A DNA stretch of 51,304 nucleotides, filler included, from Catajapyx aquilonaris (lineage: Eukaryota): the NCBI GenBank assembly GCA_000934665.2. It is 3 parts of 3 records of this genome, joined end to end, with 100 filler letters (N's around TTAATTAATTAA, not from the genome) between each part and the next. Parts side by side here need not be neighbours in the genome. Positions count along the whole stretch, not along the records: positions 1 to 17,049 come from KZ539633.1; positions 17,150 to 34,189 come from JYFJ02007052.1; 1 more part is not named here. One strand, 5' to 3'. The notes under the pieces were generated by a model. That model did no database searches and was not told where the DNA came from. It saw nothing but the letters and a program-made list of their open reading frames with translations. Position 1 is the first letter of the stretch. Every line of letters starts with the position of its first letter. Positions 12,301-24,741 of the stretch are shown in pieces. The position numbers were made by a program, and so were the translations under genes.

Positions 12301-14639
12301 CCGAAATCCCCTTTGGCGGAATGGGTGGCAAGACCTGTTTGTCACTGGTGAGCAGGTTTTAGCACCCCCTTTTTTTGCTCCAGGACAAATCGGGCCTTAT
12401 TAGTAATTGTGGAAGGAGACAATGAGCTGGGATTGGCTTGCTAATCTAAGCGGCAAGGCCATAAAAATTCCAAAGGACAGCGATAAATAAGTGTGTAATG
12501 TGCGTGTGGCCTGGTGTGTCGGGAGCTAGTGTCCAGCGCAGCACTCAGGATGTATATCTAGCTCTGGTGGACCTTTCATCTCGAAGCTGACGAAGCAGAG
12601 CGAATTTGTCCATTTGCACATGGTGGTGGTACTTGTAAGGGTAGAATAAACTCATGGTACAATACGCTACTATATTTTTCCACCACTCTAGCAATAGGCT
12701 ATAGTAGAGTGTTCCATCTGCAGTCTACCACTATACAAATTAATCGGAAAAATGTTAATATTTTCTAATATGTGTAACGCGATATGTTAATATTACAATC
12801 GACTGGACTTCTGGTAAGTGGGCCACTGGGTCATTGGCCGCCCTGAAGTGGGCCGCAGTCAGCATCGTTTGAGAGTCAAGTCTCAATTCAGCTCACCCGA
12901 AACAGAACTTATAGCACTTGAAGCAAAAATTATCAAGGTCACATTCACGTATCTTGATGTTTGTTCCTCTCTAAACTGGTTTCTGGAGTATGCAATTCGT
13001 AATCCTCTTCTACCGTAGTATAACTAACTTAATGTAGGTCTCCACTCTATAATGATGAGATTGAAGCAGTCATGAAACTGGTGCGCTTGTTTAATTGGAA
13101 ATACGCGTATACAGCCTAACTGAAATGGAGGGATTCACAGCATCCAACGGTATTTATAGTCTCCTCTTGAAGTGGTGTTGGGGAACAGGGTCAAAAAGTT
13201 AATATCAGAGGTCACCTAGGGACGATCCCGTATCAGTTGAAGTGTAGTATTTTTGCCGAATTCCTATCTTTATTTAGGTAATCATAGAGTCGTATTTTTT
13301 ATTTATTTATTTATCACATGTCTTTGGATCCGTTGTCAATCTGTCGGACAGTATCTATACAAGCACATACTCGCTGGTGTCGGATAATGTTACCAGCCGT
13401 TCTCTTCAACCCTTATCGCGCATACGGGATGAAAAATGTGTAAATAATCAATCACATATGGAGAGGGGAGGAGTTGCCAATAAATGCCCTCAGCATACGC
13501 ATATTCAGTGTACGTACTGTATACACAGAGTGGTGCATTTCCGAAGTCCTCAGCTGAAGATGGGAAATATGGCAAGCAGTTATGGAATGTTCCCTCCAGC
13601 TACCAGTTTCAATGGAAGCAACGATCATGAGATTCATGACACATGAATTTGATGAATATGATCCTGATTGTTGCATTAACCTCTGGAAAGTTTCCCCTGC
13701 ATTTATCAACCTGGGCCTGTTGCCCTGTTCACAGCCTTTCGGGGCAGCAATTAACAATCATGTCAACCAGCCTATGATTCAGGTACCAAAGTATATAATA
13801 ATTGCATACACCGATACACGTGATAGCTAATAGATCAAATAATTGCTAAAACTGTTGAACTGTCGACATCCCGCCAGGGAATTCTTCATCGTGTCCTCAG
13901 CAATTATTGGATCCAAAGGTATAGATTATTGGTTAAATTATGGCGGACACTAAACACTAACGCAGTACATACAGGTGTATTTTAAAATTATACAAGTCAA
14001 GACGTCAACAAAAACAATTGATAATTGATATAATGAGTTATAACAAGGTTATAACAGTACTGCAACGAAAAGGCCGCAGCTCAGGCGGGCGGGCACGCTC
14101 GAAATTTGAGACTTCATATATTTATTAATGTCAAATTTTTGGAATTCTTAACATTTTGAAACCGCGGGTATAACTGAAACTGGATGTATGGTCAATTCCG
14201 CTACATTGTCATACCCAGCTTGATGCACCTAAAAATGCTGCATCTTCTCCGCTTCAGACAAGTTCTGTAATATCTGACAAAAAAAAAAAAAAAANAAAAA
14301 AAAAAAAAAAAATAGAAAAAGAAAGAAAGAAAAGAAAAGCAAGGAAATCAGAGAATTTACTACCGTATTCAATCTGGGAACGGAAATTTTCGCTCTATTG
14401 ACAAGTTTCATATAGACAGCTTCCAGTGTTGTCAAGTTGAATATAACAACTCAGCAGACAGAGGCAATATTGCGTGTTTCGATATGTCGACCGTGGTTGA
14501 ATAATAGATGGGCGTGGAACATGCCATCACGATGCACATCCACGAATGGTGAAAGAGAATAAGCCAATAAGTTAATAAGAAAATGGAGGACGTGCGGGTG
14601 GCTCATGGTTGCCCCTTTTTGGCGGGAACCAAACACATG

Positions 14640-15005
14640 GAGAGAGAAAATGGCGAGCACGTGGATGGCTGCTCTGATTTGAGTGACTGCTGTGGAGTCA
14701 CGTGGTGATTGACGAACTTCAGGGGTCTCAGATTGCAGCTTGCTGACCTTGCCCTCAACAGGCCCTGCCCGCCACCACCCCTCCCTCCGCCTCCCCCCAC
14801 AAGGCCACGATCACGACACCACACCACTGTTATCAGTTATCCTCTTGTCTGGGTCAAGGCTGGGGAATAGCCGTTTCATTCTGCCATCTGCCTGTTTTTC
14901 CGGCCCAATCTCCTCGGTGAAACCGAACAGGAAGGAAGGATCGTACCAGTGTTTCTTGCACGACTTCAAGCCCCGCTCAGTCAGGTTCGTTTATGGCTCT
15001 GGCCG
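14640..15005 (+). promoter_or_regulatory. Probable SHMT promoter and first exon
   Basis: AAAATGGCG at ~14647, two CACGTG E-boxes (~14658, ~14699) and donor CCG|gtaact at 15006. ATG at 14993 would splice in frame to the 15819 acceptor. Confidence 0.55.
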
Positions 15006-15823
15006 GTAACTGGGGTTCATCGTTTACTGGTGACTGCAAACACGCGTTGCGAGTGGTACCGCATTTACTGAGGGGATGCAGGAAAAAATGCACAGTCATT
15101 GGTTTCAAAAATGTGCAGATTACGGAGCACTACTTCCTGGAGTAGCTTTAGCAACTAAGCAAATGCAGTTGTAAGCTTCATGTTGGCTGCAGCGAGGGAG
15201 AGGAGCCATGCACATATTTGTGACAAACTGGATTGTAAGCCACATGAATCAACCATAAGTCCTGAGTTAACATAATATTGTTTCCTTGCATTAGCTCCCT
15301 TAGGTTTGGTGCTTTTTTAAAAATTGCAAGGCTGTTATGAAAGGCATGCATACAAAAACATTTATTGTGCAATACTATATTATAGAAACAAGTTATACAA
15401 TCAAAGTGTATTCATTTGGTTAAGCCATAGGCAGATGTGTGCCCAATAAGGATTGTAGTAATCTGGAGAGGACTTGTGACAAATCCCTGGGTCATATGTT
15501 ATGCAGATATGCATCAGCATGCCTCCCATATATAACTGTATCAATACTCCACACGAATTTATTACATCATTCCCGGGGCACTGCATATTCAGTCCTTATG
15601 TGTAAATGACTCATTAATGATTAACTCAAGTGAAGATAGTCAAAATATGTGGCAAGTCCACATGCACTCTTTGCCAGCCAAGTTTTGTAATATCACGTCT
15701 TAAAGGCCACGTGGCCTGTACTATATTTTGTGTTGTTTACTTGTTTTCTTTTTATGATTTTATTCATAGCCAATATTTTTGCATTTGAAGAAAAGTTGAA
15801 TATCTCTCTGCATTTCAGGAACA

Positions 15824-16625
15824 ATGGCAAACAAAGGCGCTGGTGACCAATACCGTCGCCAATTATGCGACACTCTTGAGACATCCGTGGAGAAGTTAGA
15901 CCCTGAGCTGTATTCTCTGGCTGTTGCTGAACGAAAACGTCAGCTTCGTAGCCTTGAATTGATTGCATCTGAGAATTTTACCTCACTAGCGGTTCTGGAA
16001 GTACTTGGATCTGCTCTGCACAATAAATACTCGGAAGGTCTACCTGGTCAGAGATACTACGGAGGGAATGAGATCATTGACCAAGTTGAGCGACTTGCCC
16101 AGAAAAGATCATTAGAAGCATTTAAGATTGACTCTGACAAATGGGGTGTAAATGTACAGCCCTATTCAGGGTCACCTGCTAATTTGGCTGCATTGACTGG
16201 TGTGCTGGAGCCACATGGTCGGGTCATGGGTCTCGACCTTCCTGATGGAGGTCACTTGACTCATGGGTTCCAGACACCAACAAAGAAAATCTCAGCAACA
16301 TCCATCTTCTTTGAGTCCATGGCCTACAAGGTGGACCCATCAACTGGATTGATTGATTACGATGCGCTTGAGAAGTCTGCCATGTTGTTCCATCCCAAAC
16401 TGATCATTGCTGGTGTCAGCTGCTACTCACGCAATCTCGATTATGAGAGGTTTAGAGACATTGCAGATAAATCAGGGGCAATGCTGATGGCTGACATGGC
16501 CCATGTGTCTGGACTGGTTGCAGCTGGAGTTGTACCATCTCCATTCCCTCACTGTGACCTGGTCACCACCACTACACACAAAACTTTGAGGGGACCCAGA
16601 GCTGCAGTCATCTTCTTCAGGAAAG
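15824..16625 (+). CDS. SHMT: Serine hydroxymethyltransferase, large coding exon; 3' exons not in this contig
   Basis: Motifs [63 protein letters not shown] and PLP-lysine [12 protein letters not shown]. Acceptor tttcag at 15818 and donor AAG|gtacat at 16626. Confidence 0.97.
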
Positions 16626-17049
16626 GTACATGCCACATCCACTCACGGCTTATGTTACATAAATATTATAACATAGCCAAATTGACAAAGACTAATTCAG
16701 GTTGCAATATTCCAACAGATTCCCTGAAAAACAGTTTCTTGTCTCTTTGTATCATATGACATAAATCTTGATGCAGAGATAGCACTGGTTTGCCAGCTAA
16801 CTCCTTCAAGACTTGCAATGCTGAATGTCATAATCTTTCTGGCTGCAATTGTGCATAATGCCCACGAGTGCCTCATGTGCATATTTTAATACTTTTTAGG
16901 GGCCTATTCAGGGCTGTAGTTATAGGTTTGTCATGGGGTAGGAAGTTGGTCATCTGCCCCCCTCTCCCCATCAATTCCTTCTGTAACGTTAATACACAAT
17001 GACCATACAGGTAATACAGGTGCGTAGGCAGGATAATTTGCGCGGGGGG

Positions 17050-17149
17050 NNNNNNNNNNNNNNNNNNNNNNNNNNNNNNNNNNNNNNNNNNNNTTAATTA
17101 ATTAANNNNNNNNNNNNNNNNNNNNNNNNNNNNNNNNNNNNNNNNNNNN
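17050..17149. other. Artificial 100-nt contig linker
   Basis: N-run containing TTAATTAATTAA (stops in all six frames); identical to 34190-34289. Confidence 0.9.
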
Positions 17150-17724
17150 GGTGGCGTTAAAAAATGATTTCATTTATCTTTAATTGTCTTCTGAGAGGAA
17201 TTTCTACCACTAATTCCACAAATTAATTTTAAAAACATTGTTTGGACGATAGAGCACTATGTGAGTGATCCATTAAGTGGTTTTTCAATTTTCAGCTTTC
17301 ATCCGTTCTGCATTTGTAGCACCAATTGGGTCCTAATGTTCCCATTGGTTGTTAGTCGCCATTTTTGTCGATATTTTAAAACTAAAAATTTTTTCTTGTT
17401 TCTTATTGGGAACATGTTCAGAAAATGCAATAGGAACTGACATTGCGTTAAAAAATTCTTCTCAGGTCTCAGGAGGATATTTCGAAATGTTGGAAAATTG
17501 TTTTGTCTACAGGTAGGCCTATCCCATATCAACAAAAACATCGGTATAAACAGATTAATGCAGTTTATATGAAGTACAAAACATCATTAACAGTGCAGGC
17601 TGGATCTAGCAGTTTACAGTACAATGCAATGCCAATTGTAGAAAAAGGTCCTTCATGAGTTCAAATTGATAATCGGGCACTTCTGTGAAAGGCAAACCTA
17701 GCCTCAGTACAAAAAAATACTTGC

Positions 17725-17867
17725 CTAGTCTTGAAGCCAGTGGCATCATCTATGCCCTTGTAAAAGAGTGGGTGCGAATAAGCATCTCTAATGTTAAGGA
17801 GCTTCCCGGTGGTGGCCACATGCCCAACCACTCCTTGGTCCATTGGGATGCGGATCTCCTCATGACA
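17725..17867 (-). CDS. PDE2: PDE2 exon 6 ([49 protein letters not shown])
   Basis: Close to PDE2A [45 protein letters not shown]. Acceptor ccatgtag; probable GC donor AG|gcaagt. Confidence 0.92.
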
Positions 17868-18422
17868 CTACATGGGAGAAGAAAAACCACGGCAAGTTAG
17901 TTTCATTGTAACAGAGGAAACAAGTTCTTAGTGGCAAAGCATGCTTCTTCCTTACATTTAGGGACAATTGCACTACTTAAGACACATTTAATGAGATGTT
18001 ATACACCCCTGGCAACAATTATTAGAAATTAATGAATGACATCCATGAATCTGAGATTCTTAGTGTATCTACGTAACATATCTTGTAACTTGGTGCAACA
18101 GCTCCTTAGAGGAAGTATCTCAAAACCTAAGTATATAACTTACATTCCCACATAAAATCTATTCTTGGTGTGAAGGTTATAATTAACTATGGGAAAACCA
18201 AGTATAGACACTAGTACTTTGACATAGTAGTTAACTCCTTTGGCTCATTATGTCACCACTACAAGCATCCTGACATGACGATCTCAACTATTATTGATTC
18301 AACCAGAGAATGGTACTGACATCCTAAGCCTTTAATTGTCAGTTTCATGGGATGAGACAAATGATATTAAATGCTACAGTAAACATATTCAATAGGAAAA
18401 AAAAAAAAGAAGCGAGACTAAC

Positions 18423-18574
18423 TTCGCATCCAGACTCGTCAGCAGCAATCCCGTCAAACACTTTGGCAACCAGTTCCTTCCGTTGCTTGTCCAGCAGGAA
18501 GACAGAGCACCGCTCAGCCTTGGTTAGATTGCGTGCCTCTGATATTATCTCTTTTAGGAGAAGTGTCACATTCT
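18423..18574 (-). CDS. PDE2: PDE2 exon 5 ([41 protein letters not shown]...)
   Basis: Matches the PDE2A GAF-B start [39 protein letters not shown]/GT sites present and phases fit the neighbouring exons. Confidence 0.93.
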
Positions 18575-19483
18575 CTGCCAAAAAGGAAAAACAATGTAAA
18601 ATACATCACAAGCTCAGATATCCTGGGAGAATGTACTGTAAGACTATATTGCAACTAGTAGGGTGGGTACAGGTGGGTGGGTGCATTGATTTCTTCTTCC
18701 TTTCTGTTTTAAGTGGATATGAATGCGGTTGCCTTGGCATTGTTTCACACACATGCACCTATACTCACCTGCCCTGCCGGGCATGGGGCTGGATAATGTT
18801 AGGGTAGTCTGGGGTTTGGATTAGGGTTGGAAAGTAATTCCTAGCTAGTATGGCTCTGTATTGTATTCAGCATTGTGAGCCAGGGGCAAGATGGGGGTAA
18901 GGTAGGGCTTTCATGGGTAGGATGGATTAGGAGGGGAGAAGAAGGCCAACCCTAGGTGTATTTCAATGCCCTTTGATGAGATGGCAAGCACACAGTCTAT
19001 TGTGCGGAAAATGACACGACAATCTGACGTCATCATCACACAACAATATGAGTAAACAGTGTCAACAAAAAGAACATTGTTTACTCCTATTGTTGCATGA
19101 GAACAAAATAATGACATCAGATCGTCGTTTTGTTTTCCACACTGAATCTAGCATCACCAGCTGATACCTGGGCAAACCAGCCTTATTAGCCAATTTGAGA
19201 TCACTACTGAGCCATTATAAGTGTAGGGTACACCGAAAAGATTGGAGAAGAACTAAACTAACAGCCAACAACACCTATGATATTGGGAATTACCAGTTTT
19301 TGGTGAAAATTGGGCCACTAAAGCCTACTGATTCTATAATAAAATATTTTGTATTTTCTAGGAGGACTTATGCTTTACACAAGTTTCACGAAATTCAATA
19401 AATATGAAATTTATTATTTCATATGCAAGTGAATGTCTAACAGTATCTTTTGACTGCAAGTGCCAACCTTGAAAATTTTTATG

Positions 19484-19848
19484 CAGAGCGTTCACAAATT
19501 TATCTGTCAAAATGATACCGGTGGTAGGGGATGCATATGGAAGAAGCATAAACATGGGTCTGAAAGGCTGGCAATGACCTTTGACATCAACAATGTCAAT
19601 CGTGACAAGTGTTGATACCCCCATACATGCCTGCATTGCTGGTTGCGCCAGGTGCTTGCACTTCCAGACTCAGCCAACCTGGCCCGGAAACCAGTACTGC
19701 ACGGGCGGAGCCAAACTTGTAAGGAAAGACATCAGCGATGGTTGACATCTCCCAGTCAGAGTGTCGACAGCCTTTCGAACCCATGCCACACTTCAGTACG
19801 CACCCCCTACCACCATAATAATTTTGACAGATGAATTCATGAACACCC
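19484..19848. mobile_element. Degenerate Tc1-like palindromic MITE
   Basis: GTTCACAAATTTATCTGTCAAAAT...ATTTTGACAGATGAATTCATGAAC inverted arms. Confidence 0.55.
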
Positions 19849-19854
19849 TTTATA

Positions 19855-20288
19855 CGGGGTGAATGGAAACTCGCGGACAATCGCCAGGTAGACTGATAGC
19901 ACTTGTATAACTAATATAGGGATGTGCAATTAGTTTTGGGCACCGTTGCGTAGCTAATGCGTACAGCGCCTTTAAAGTGTAGAGGGCCGGATGATAAAAT
20001 ATGAGGCAAGTGCACCGGGTGTCATACCTGGATTCTTACTCTGATGGGATTTGATCACCTATTGCACATGGACGATGTGCTACGGACCCAAGGCTGGATT
20101 GTTCGGAGGCGCTCGAGCTGGCTTTTGCTTCTTTGAAGCTGGCAGGACAGATGTGACGTCACAAAATTTGACGTTGCCATAAGCATTAACCATGCAGAGG
20201 CACCCAAAACTAATTGCACATCCCTATATTAGTTTTACGTACACTATCAGTCCACCTGGCGATTGTCCGCGAGTTTCCCTTCACCCTA
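19855..20288. mobile_element. Tc1/mariner-type MITE (second copy at 31690-32060)
   Basis: TA-flanked ~90-bp TIRs GGGTGAA.GGAAACTCGCGGACAATCGCCAGGT...; shared sequence with 31690-32060. Confidence 0.75.
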
Positions 20289-20943
20289 TATACAGTTCAT
20301 CTTTTGTTAAAAGGCAGCTCCCACGTACCACCTTATATGAATGCCTTACAATTTCAGTCTAATTGTGTAAAAACCAATAGCACATGTAGCCATACTTCTC
20401 ACCAACACTGCCACATAAACAAATAAGACAAAATAGTAGCAAAGCAGCTAGAGAATGGTGGCAGCCACGTACATCATATGAATAAGACATATTGGTTATA
20501 GGCCAAGGCTTTTCTATAGGGTAATTTCTCAAGAAGAAACAAGCCTCTGCATTTGCAGCATACGCCATGGTAGTTGAGCCCCCTTCCACGAGGTGGTAGG
20601 AGCAGTTTGAGTGTCAAACTGCACCATTTCTGTCAACTCCAACGCACCCAGTTCAAAAACCAGCAGTACATCAGATGTCCGTAGGCCTCAAAGGATTAAA
20701 TCATGTAGCCTACCTCAGATGCACAATTACTGATTTTCAGTTACAAGATCATACTATCTAATCTAGTGCACGGTCATGGCTGGCAACAATTTCTTCTCCT
20801 TCCCATATGAGATACAAGCTTACAAGTAAACAATAAGTTACACTATAAAACTTCCTTGTTACCCTCCAATATTTCATGAAAAAAAAATGAGATTTTTTTC
20901 TTGATCATTTAATCACAAAACTACCTAAAAGCAAGAAAATTAC

Positions 20944-21053
20944 CTAGCTGCCGGAAGAGATTTTTGGCAACAGACAGCAAAGACTGACTCTCGATCTTCT
21001 GCCTTCTCTCCTCCTCGAAAGCAAGGGTGTTCAGTAAGACACCTATCGTATAT
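20944..21053 (-). CDS. PDE2: PDE2 exon 4 (YTIGVLLNTLAFEEERRQKIESQSLLSVAKNLFRQL)
   Basis: Matches the PDE2A inter-GAF helix [36 protein letters not shown]. Acceptor ttgtcag, donor gtaatt. Confidence 0.9.
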
Positions 21054-21123
21054 CTGACAATAAATGGATGAAATCAGATCAATAAAATAATAACGTCAAA
21101 AACAGCACAGTTCTGATTCTCAC

Positions 21124-21359
21124 CTAAAGCATTCCTTGACTATGCCAGTGTCCTCCTTGCTGAACTCATCCTCTTTTCCCGCAAGACAAGCTAGAACACA
21201 CACACTCTCAAATTCATGCCTGGAGATAGGAACACATAAAAATTCAGTTGGGACATGATCCAAAATTTCGTTCAGCTCCTGAATCCTGTCCCTATCTAGC
21301 GTTGATGATGAGATGACTTTATTTTCAGTCACAGCCACACCCATCAAGTGTTCCCTCAC
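21124..21359 (-). CDS. PDE2: PDE2 exon 3 (GAF-A, ...FLCVPISRHEFESVCVLACLAGKEDEFSKEDTGIVKECFR)
   Basis: GAF motifs LCVP / LAC..K...F..ED. Acceptor ttttccag, donor gtgaga, phase-2 join to exon 4. Confidence 0.88.
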
Positions 21360-21925
21360 CTGGAAAAGACAGTCCAGGTAAAATGCGAGAAAAAAACCAA
21401 AGCGGTAATTAACGGAGCAAGGACTTTAATAATACGGGGAAACACTGCCCTTCATGTGTGAGACACATGTTCATCAATCAATCCATGATGCATACTCTGT
21501 ATCATGGATCATGTCGTCTTGGGATTAGAATACCCACATACAATATTAATATCGAACGATCATTACATACGAGTCTAAAGGCACATTTCCTTACTTGGAA
21601 CAATGCTGCTGAAATAAATACAATATGGGCATGAAGCTATCTGGCTGTATCTGGAAGAAGCTGGTAGCAGTTACAATCAATCATAGAGCATCATCTACAT
21701 TCCCAGATCTACAGGTGATGACCCAAGAGAAAGCTCAGTCTTTTCCATGGCCCACAAGTGGGCTATGAGGAGCCTTCAGGTGGGCCATGAACTGATCAAA
21801 AATTCAATTCTTAGTTAATGTTTAACTGCCAAATGGAAATTTGCCAGTGGGATGTGTTGCCTCTCCATAAGGGGTGGTTGCATAAATGTGGGATTCAGTA
21901 AGAATCTCAGATTCTTAATGAAGGT

Positions 21926-22957
21926 TGCAAGAGTGTTTCTTACTAGTAGGTCCGTCGGCAGGCTGCATGCTTATTGGTCCAAAACAAGTCGAAAACGTAG
22001 AGGTGAGAAACATTGAGGGACCAACCAGTAATGAGGCAGATGACCAGACACATAGTCCTGCCCCTAGACACATGTGGAAACACACATGACAGCTCTTTGT
22101 AGGAAGATCCCATGACAGATGGATCCACATACACTACTTACAGTGGTTGCCCAGGGAGCAGGGTATGAGCCTGATAATCATGACTGTAAGTAAGCAAATC
22201 CACATGTCAGTGGATCTCACTACAGAAAGGTGTGGTGTGTGTTGCCACATGTGTCTAAGGGCAGGCCAAAGTGTCTGGTTGTCTACCTCGTTACCAGTTG
22301 GTCTCTTGACATTTCTCCCCTCTACATTTTCGACTTGTTTTGGGCCAATTAGTATGCTGCCTGCTGGTTGACCTACTACCGTATTACCTCTCATAAAGCG
22401 GCATGCCTGTATAACCCGGGGATGACCGGCATGCCAAAATAACGGATGTAGATTTCCGTAATTTTGATCCTTGCCATATTTTGGAATGCTTCTGGTACCG
22501 TACTAAAATAATGTTACAATGAAAATGGGCGAGTGTATAGGCTGTGAGAATATGCAAGTTCTGTTGCACAGTGCACATAAAAAATGTAGTGTGTGTGACT
22601 AATCCCATCATCAGCCTGCTTTGACAAGTGAACCCCCTGCTTCAATATACTGTATGCTTAATATATGCTTAAATAGAGATTATTGCCAGACACTGCAATT
22701 GAAAACAATATATATGGCACGGGTACCCTATTCAGAAAATGTGCCTTTTCGATAGCCTTTACATGAATTTCGATTTTCAAGCACATGTTAAGTTCTAAAA
22801 GTATAATGTGACTTATGTGAAAACCCCGCCTTATACCTGCATACCTCACTTTATACCGGCATGCCAGTATAGCCACCAGATCATGCATTTCTTAAAACTG
22901 GTCGACCTCGACTACAATGGCATGCCGCTTTATGAGAGTAGTTAGAAACACCCTGTG
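21926..22957. mobile_element. Palindromic MITE family A copy 1, interrupted by a CCGTA-ended (pogo-like) MITE at ~22379-22940
   Basis: GTGTTTCTTACTAGTAGGTC terminus and long inverted arms. The insert has CTCTCATAAAGCGGCATGCC / GGCATGCCGCTTTATGAGAG TIRs. Confidence 0.75.
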
Positions 22958-23630
22958 TAATTTGTGGTGAGTTTAGTGAACATTTCTAAAAGAGGTTTTT
23001 TTGACAAATTTATCACACATGTGCTTCCAGGGTATGGACCTCCTACCCTCCCTCAAATGCATGTTTTGTTCTCAGTGTCATGCTCCTAAACTGAAGGTGA
23101 GTTTAGAATCCCAAATCCCACAACAAATTCTAACTTTGCAAACACATTTCTTTTGGAGGGAATGTGGTTGTGCACAGGGCTAACTTTGCACAACTTGCAC
23201 AACTATACTTAGCACAATGTGAATGGAAATGGTAGGGGAAGCCAAAAAGCTGGCCTTCACTACTTTTCTGGGATGGTAATTGCACAGATAATGTGCCTGA
23301 ATATTTTCAGAATTTTATCACAAGAACAACAATGTAAATTAAAACATTATTACCATATTTAATGATGTCTATGTGACTGTTCCATGATGGCTGCCAAAAC
23401 ATGCAGGCATGTGCACACTGTCACATCAATTCTGGCATGTTGATGTGAATATGTACACTGTACAGTATGCACAGTCGGACTCTTAAGTAATATACAAAAG
23501 GTAAATAAGAAGGCACTTTGCACCACTTGAAATTTTTTTGCAGTATATTCAAGCCTTGTGCAAATCATCAATTAAATTTTGTCTTAATCATTCAAATACA
23601 AGGTGTTTCTTACTAGTGGGTCATCCCATG

Positions 23631-24550
23631 CACAGTGGTGCCCCGACCCATTTTCATGGACAAAAGTCTGAAACTCATTCGATCATCGTGAAACTCGGTA
23701 TATTTACATTGTTGGAGGTCCACATGCCATTTTTACTGGTTTGAGCCAAATACGGACAATTTCGACAATTTACATACCAGTGTGATAGATACGCCCTCAT
23801 AAGAACAGATCGAATTTTCAGAGTTATGCCTCTGCAGAGTCTTTTAAGCTTTAACATCGCTTGAAATTGCCTCTGTGGATGTAAACTGACTCGCCAGTGG
23901 CGTATCTGTGGATCACAAAGGGTTATTATTTTAACATTAGAGTCTTTCATGCATTGCCGCTGTAAGCTGGGCAGGAGAGTCAGCAGCATGGAGGGGTGAA
24001 ATATTTTCCACTCTAAAATCTGCATCCGAAGCTAGGTGCACATGATCTCTTCATGACTCTGTAGAGAAGAGTCTAGCGCACACGATAGGCTATGTCCGGT
24101 CATTATGAATTATTATGGATGGGTTATAGCTCTCATTTTCTCCCTAGAAAATATTTTCTCGACACGTACTCTCTCTGACGTCCCAGTAAGTGACTCACAA
24201 AGATCAGTCTATCACTAAGGGGACGTACACATAGTGTACGGCCCCTAACCATCAAACCACAAAGTACACAAATCTAGGTAGATTATAATAGCTAAATAAC
24301 TCGAGGACATGCATGTTCGAAAGGGGCAGAGACGCCCAAAAACTGTTGAAAAAACTTGAAAACTACACATTTGAATTTCCCTCTAATTTGACGAGCTGAA
24401 CATTCGCATTTACCGGTTTTAAAATTCAACATATACCGGTTTCAAATGCTTTGGATTACTCTATTTCTGATTAGAAGGATTTCAGCATAATATGACTAAT
24501 TTTGTAATTTCGACATATGTCCATGAAAACTGGGTCGGGGCACCACTGTG
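23631..24550. mobile_element. Transib-like non-autonomous DNA transposon
   Basis: TIRs CACAGTGGTGCCCCGACCCA(G)TTTTCATGGACA at both ends; degenerate GC-rich 5-bp flanks (ccatg / cagcg); no transposase ORF. Confidence 0.75.
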
Positions 24551-24741
24551 CAGCGGCAGCTTGTATTCCTTGGGCCAAAAGAATTCAAAAATGTAGGGGG
24601 GAGAAATGTCAAGGGACCAACCTGTAATGAGGTAGACGATCAGAAACACTGGCCTACCCTTAAACACATGCGGCAACACACATGAAGCCTCTTTGTAGGG
24701 GGATCCCCTGGCAGATGGACCTGCTCACCTTACCGTATATA

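Noticed and set aside
16626..16759. C-terminal tail of the 311-aa SHMT ORF (TCHIHSRL...)
   Set aside because: Intron read-through after the AAG|gtacat donor; SHMT similarity stops there.
16626..17724. SHMT and PDE2 as a convergent, overlapping or truncated gene pair
   Set aside because: They are separated by an artificial linker; the truncation reflects contig ends.
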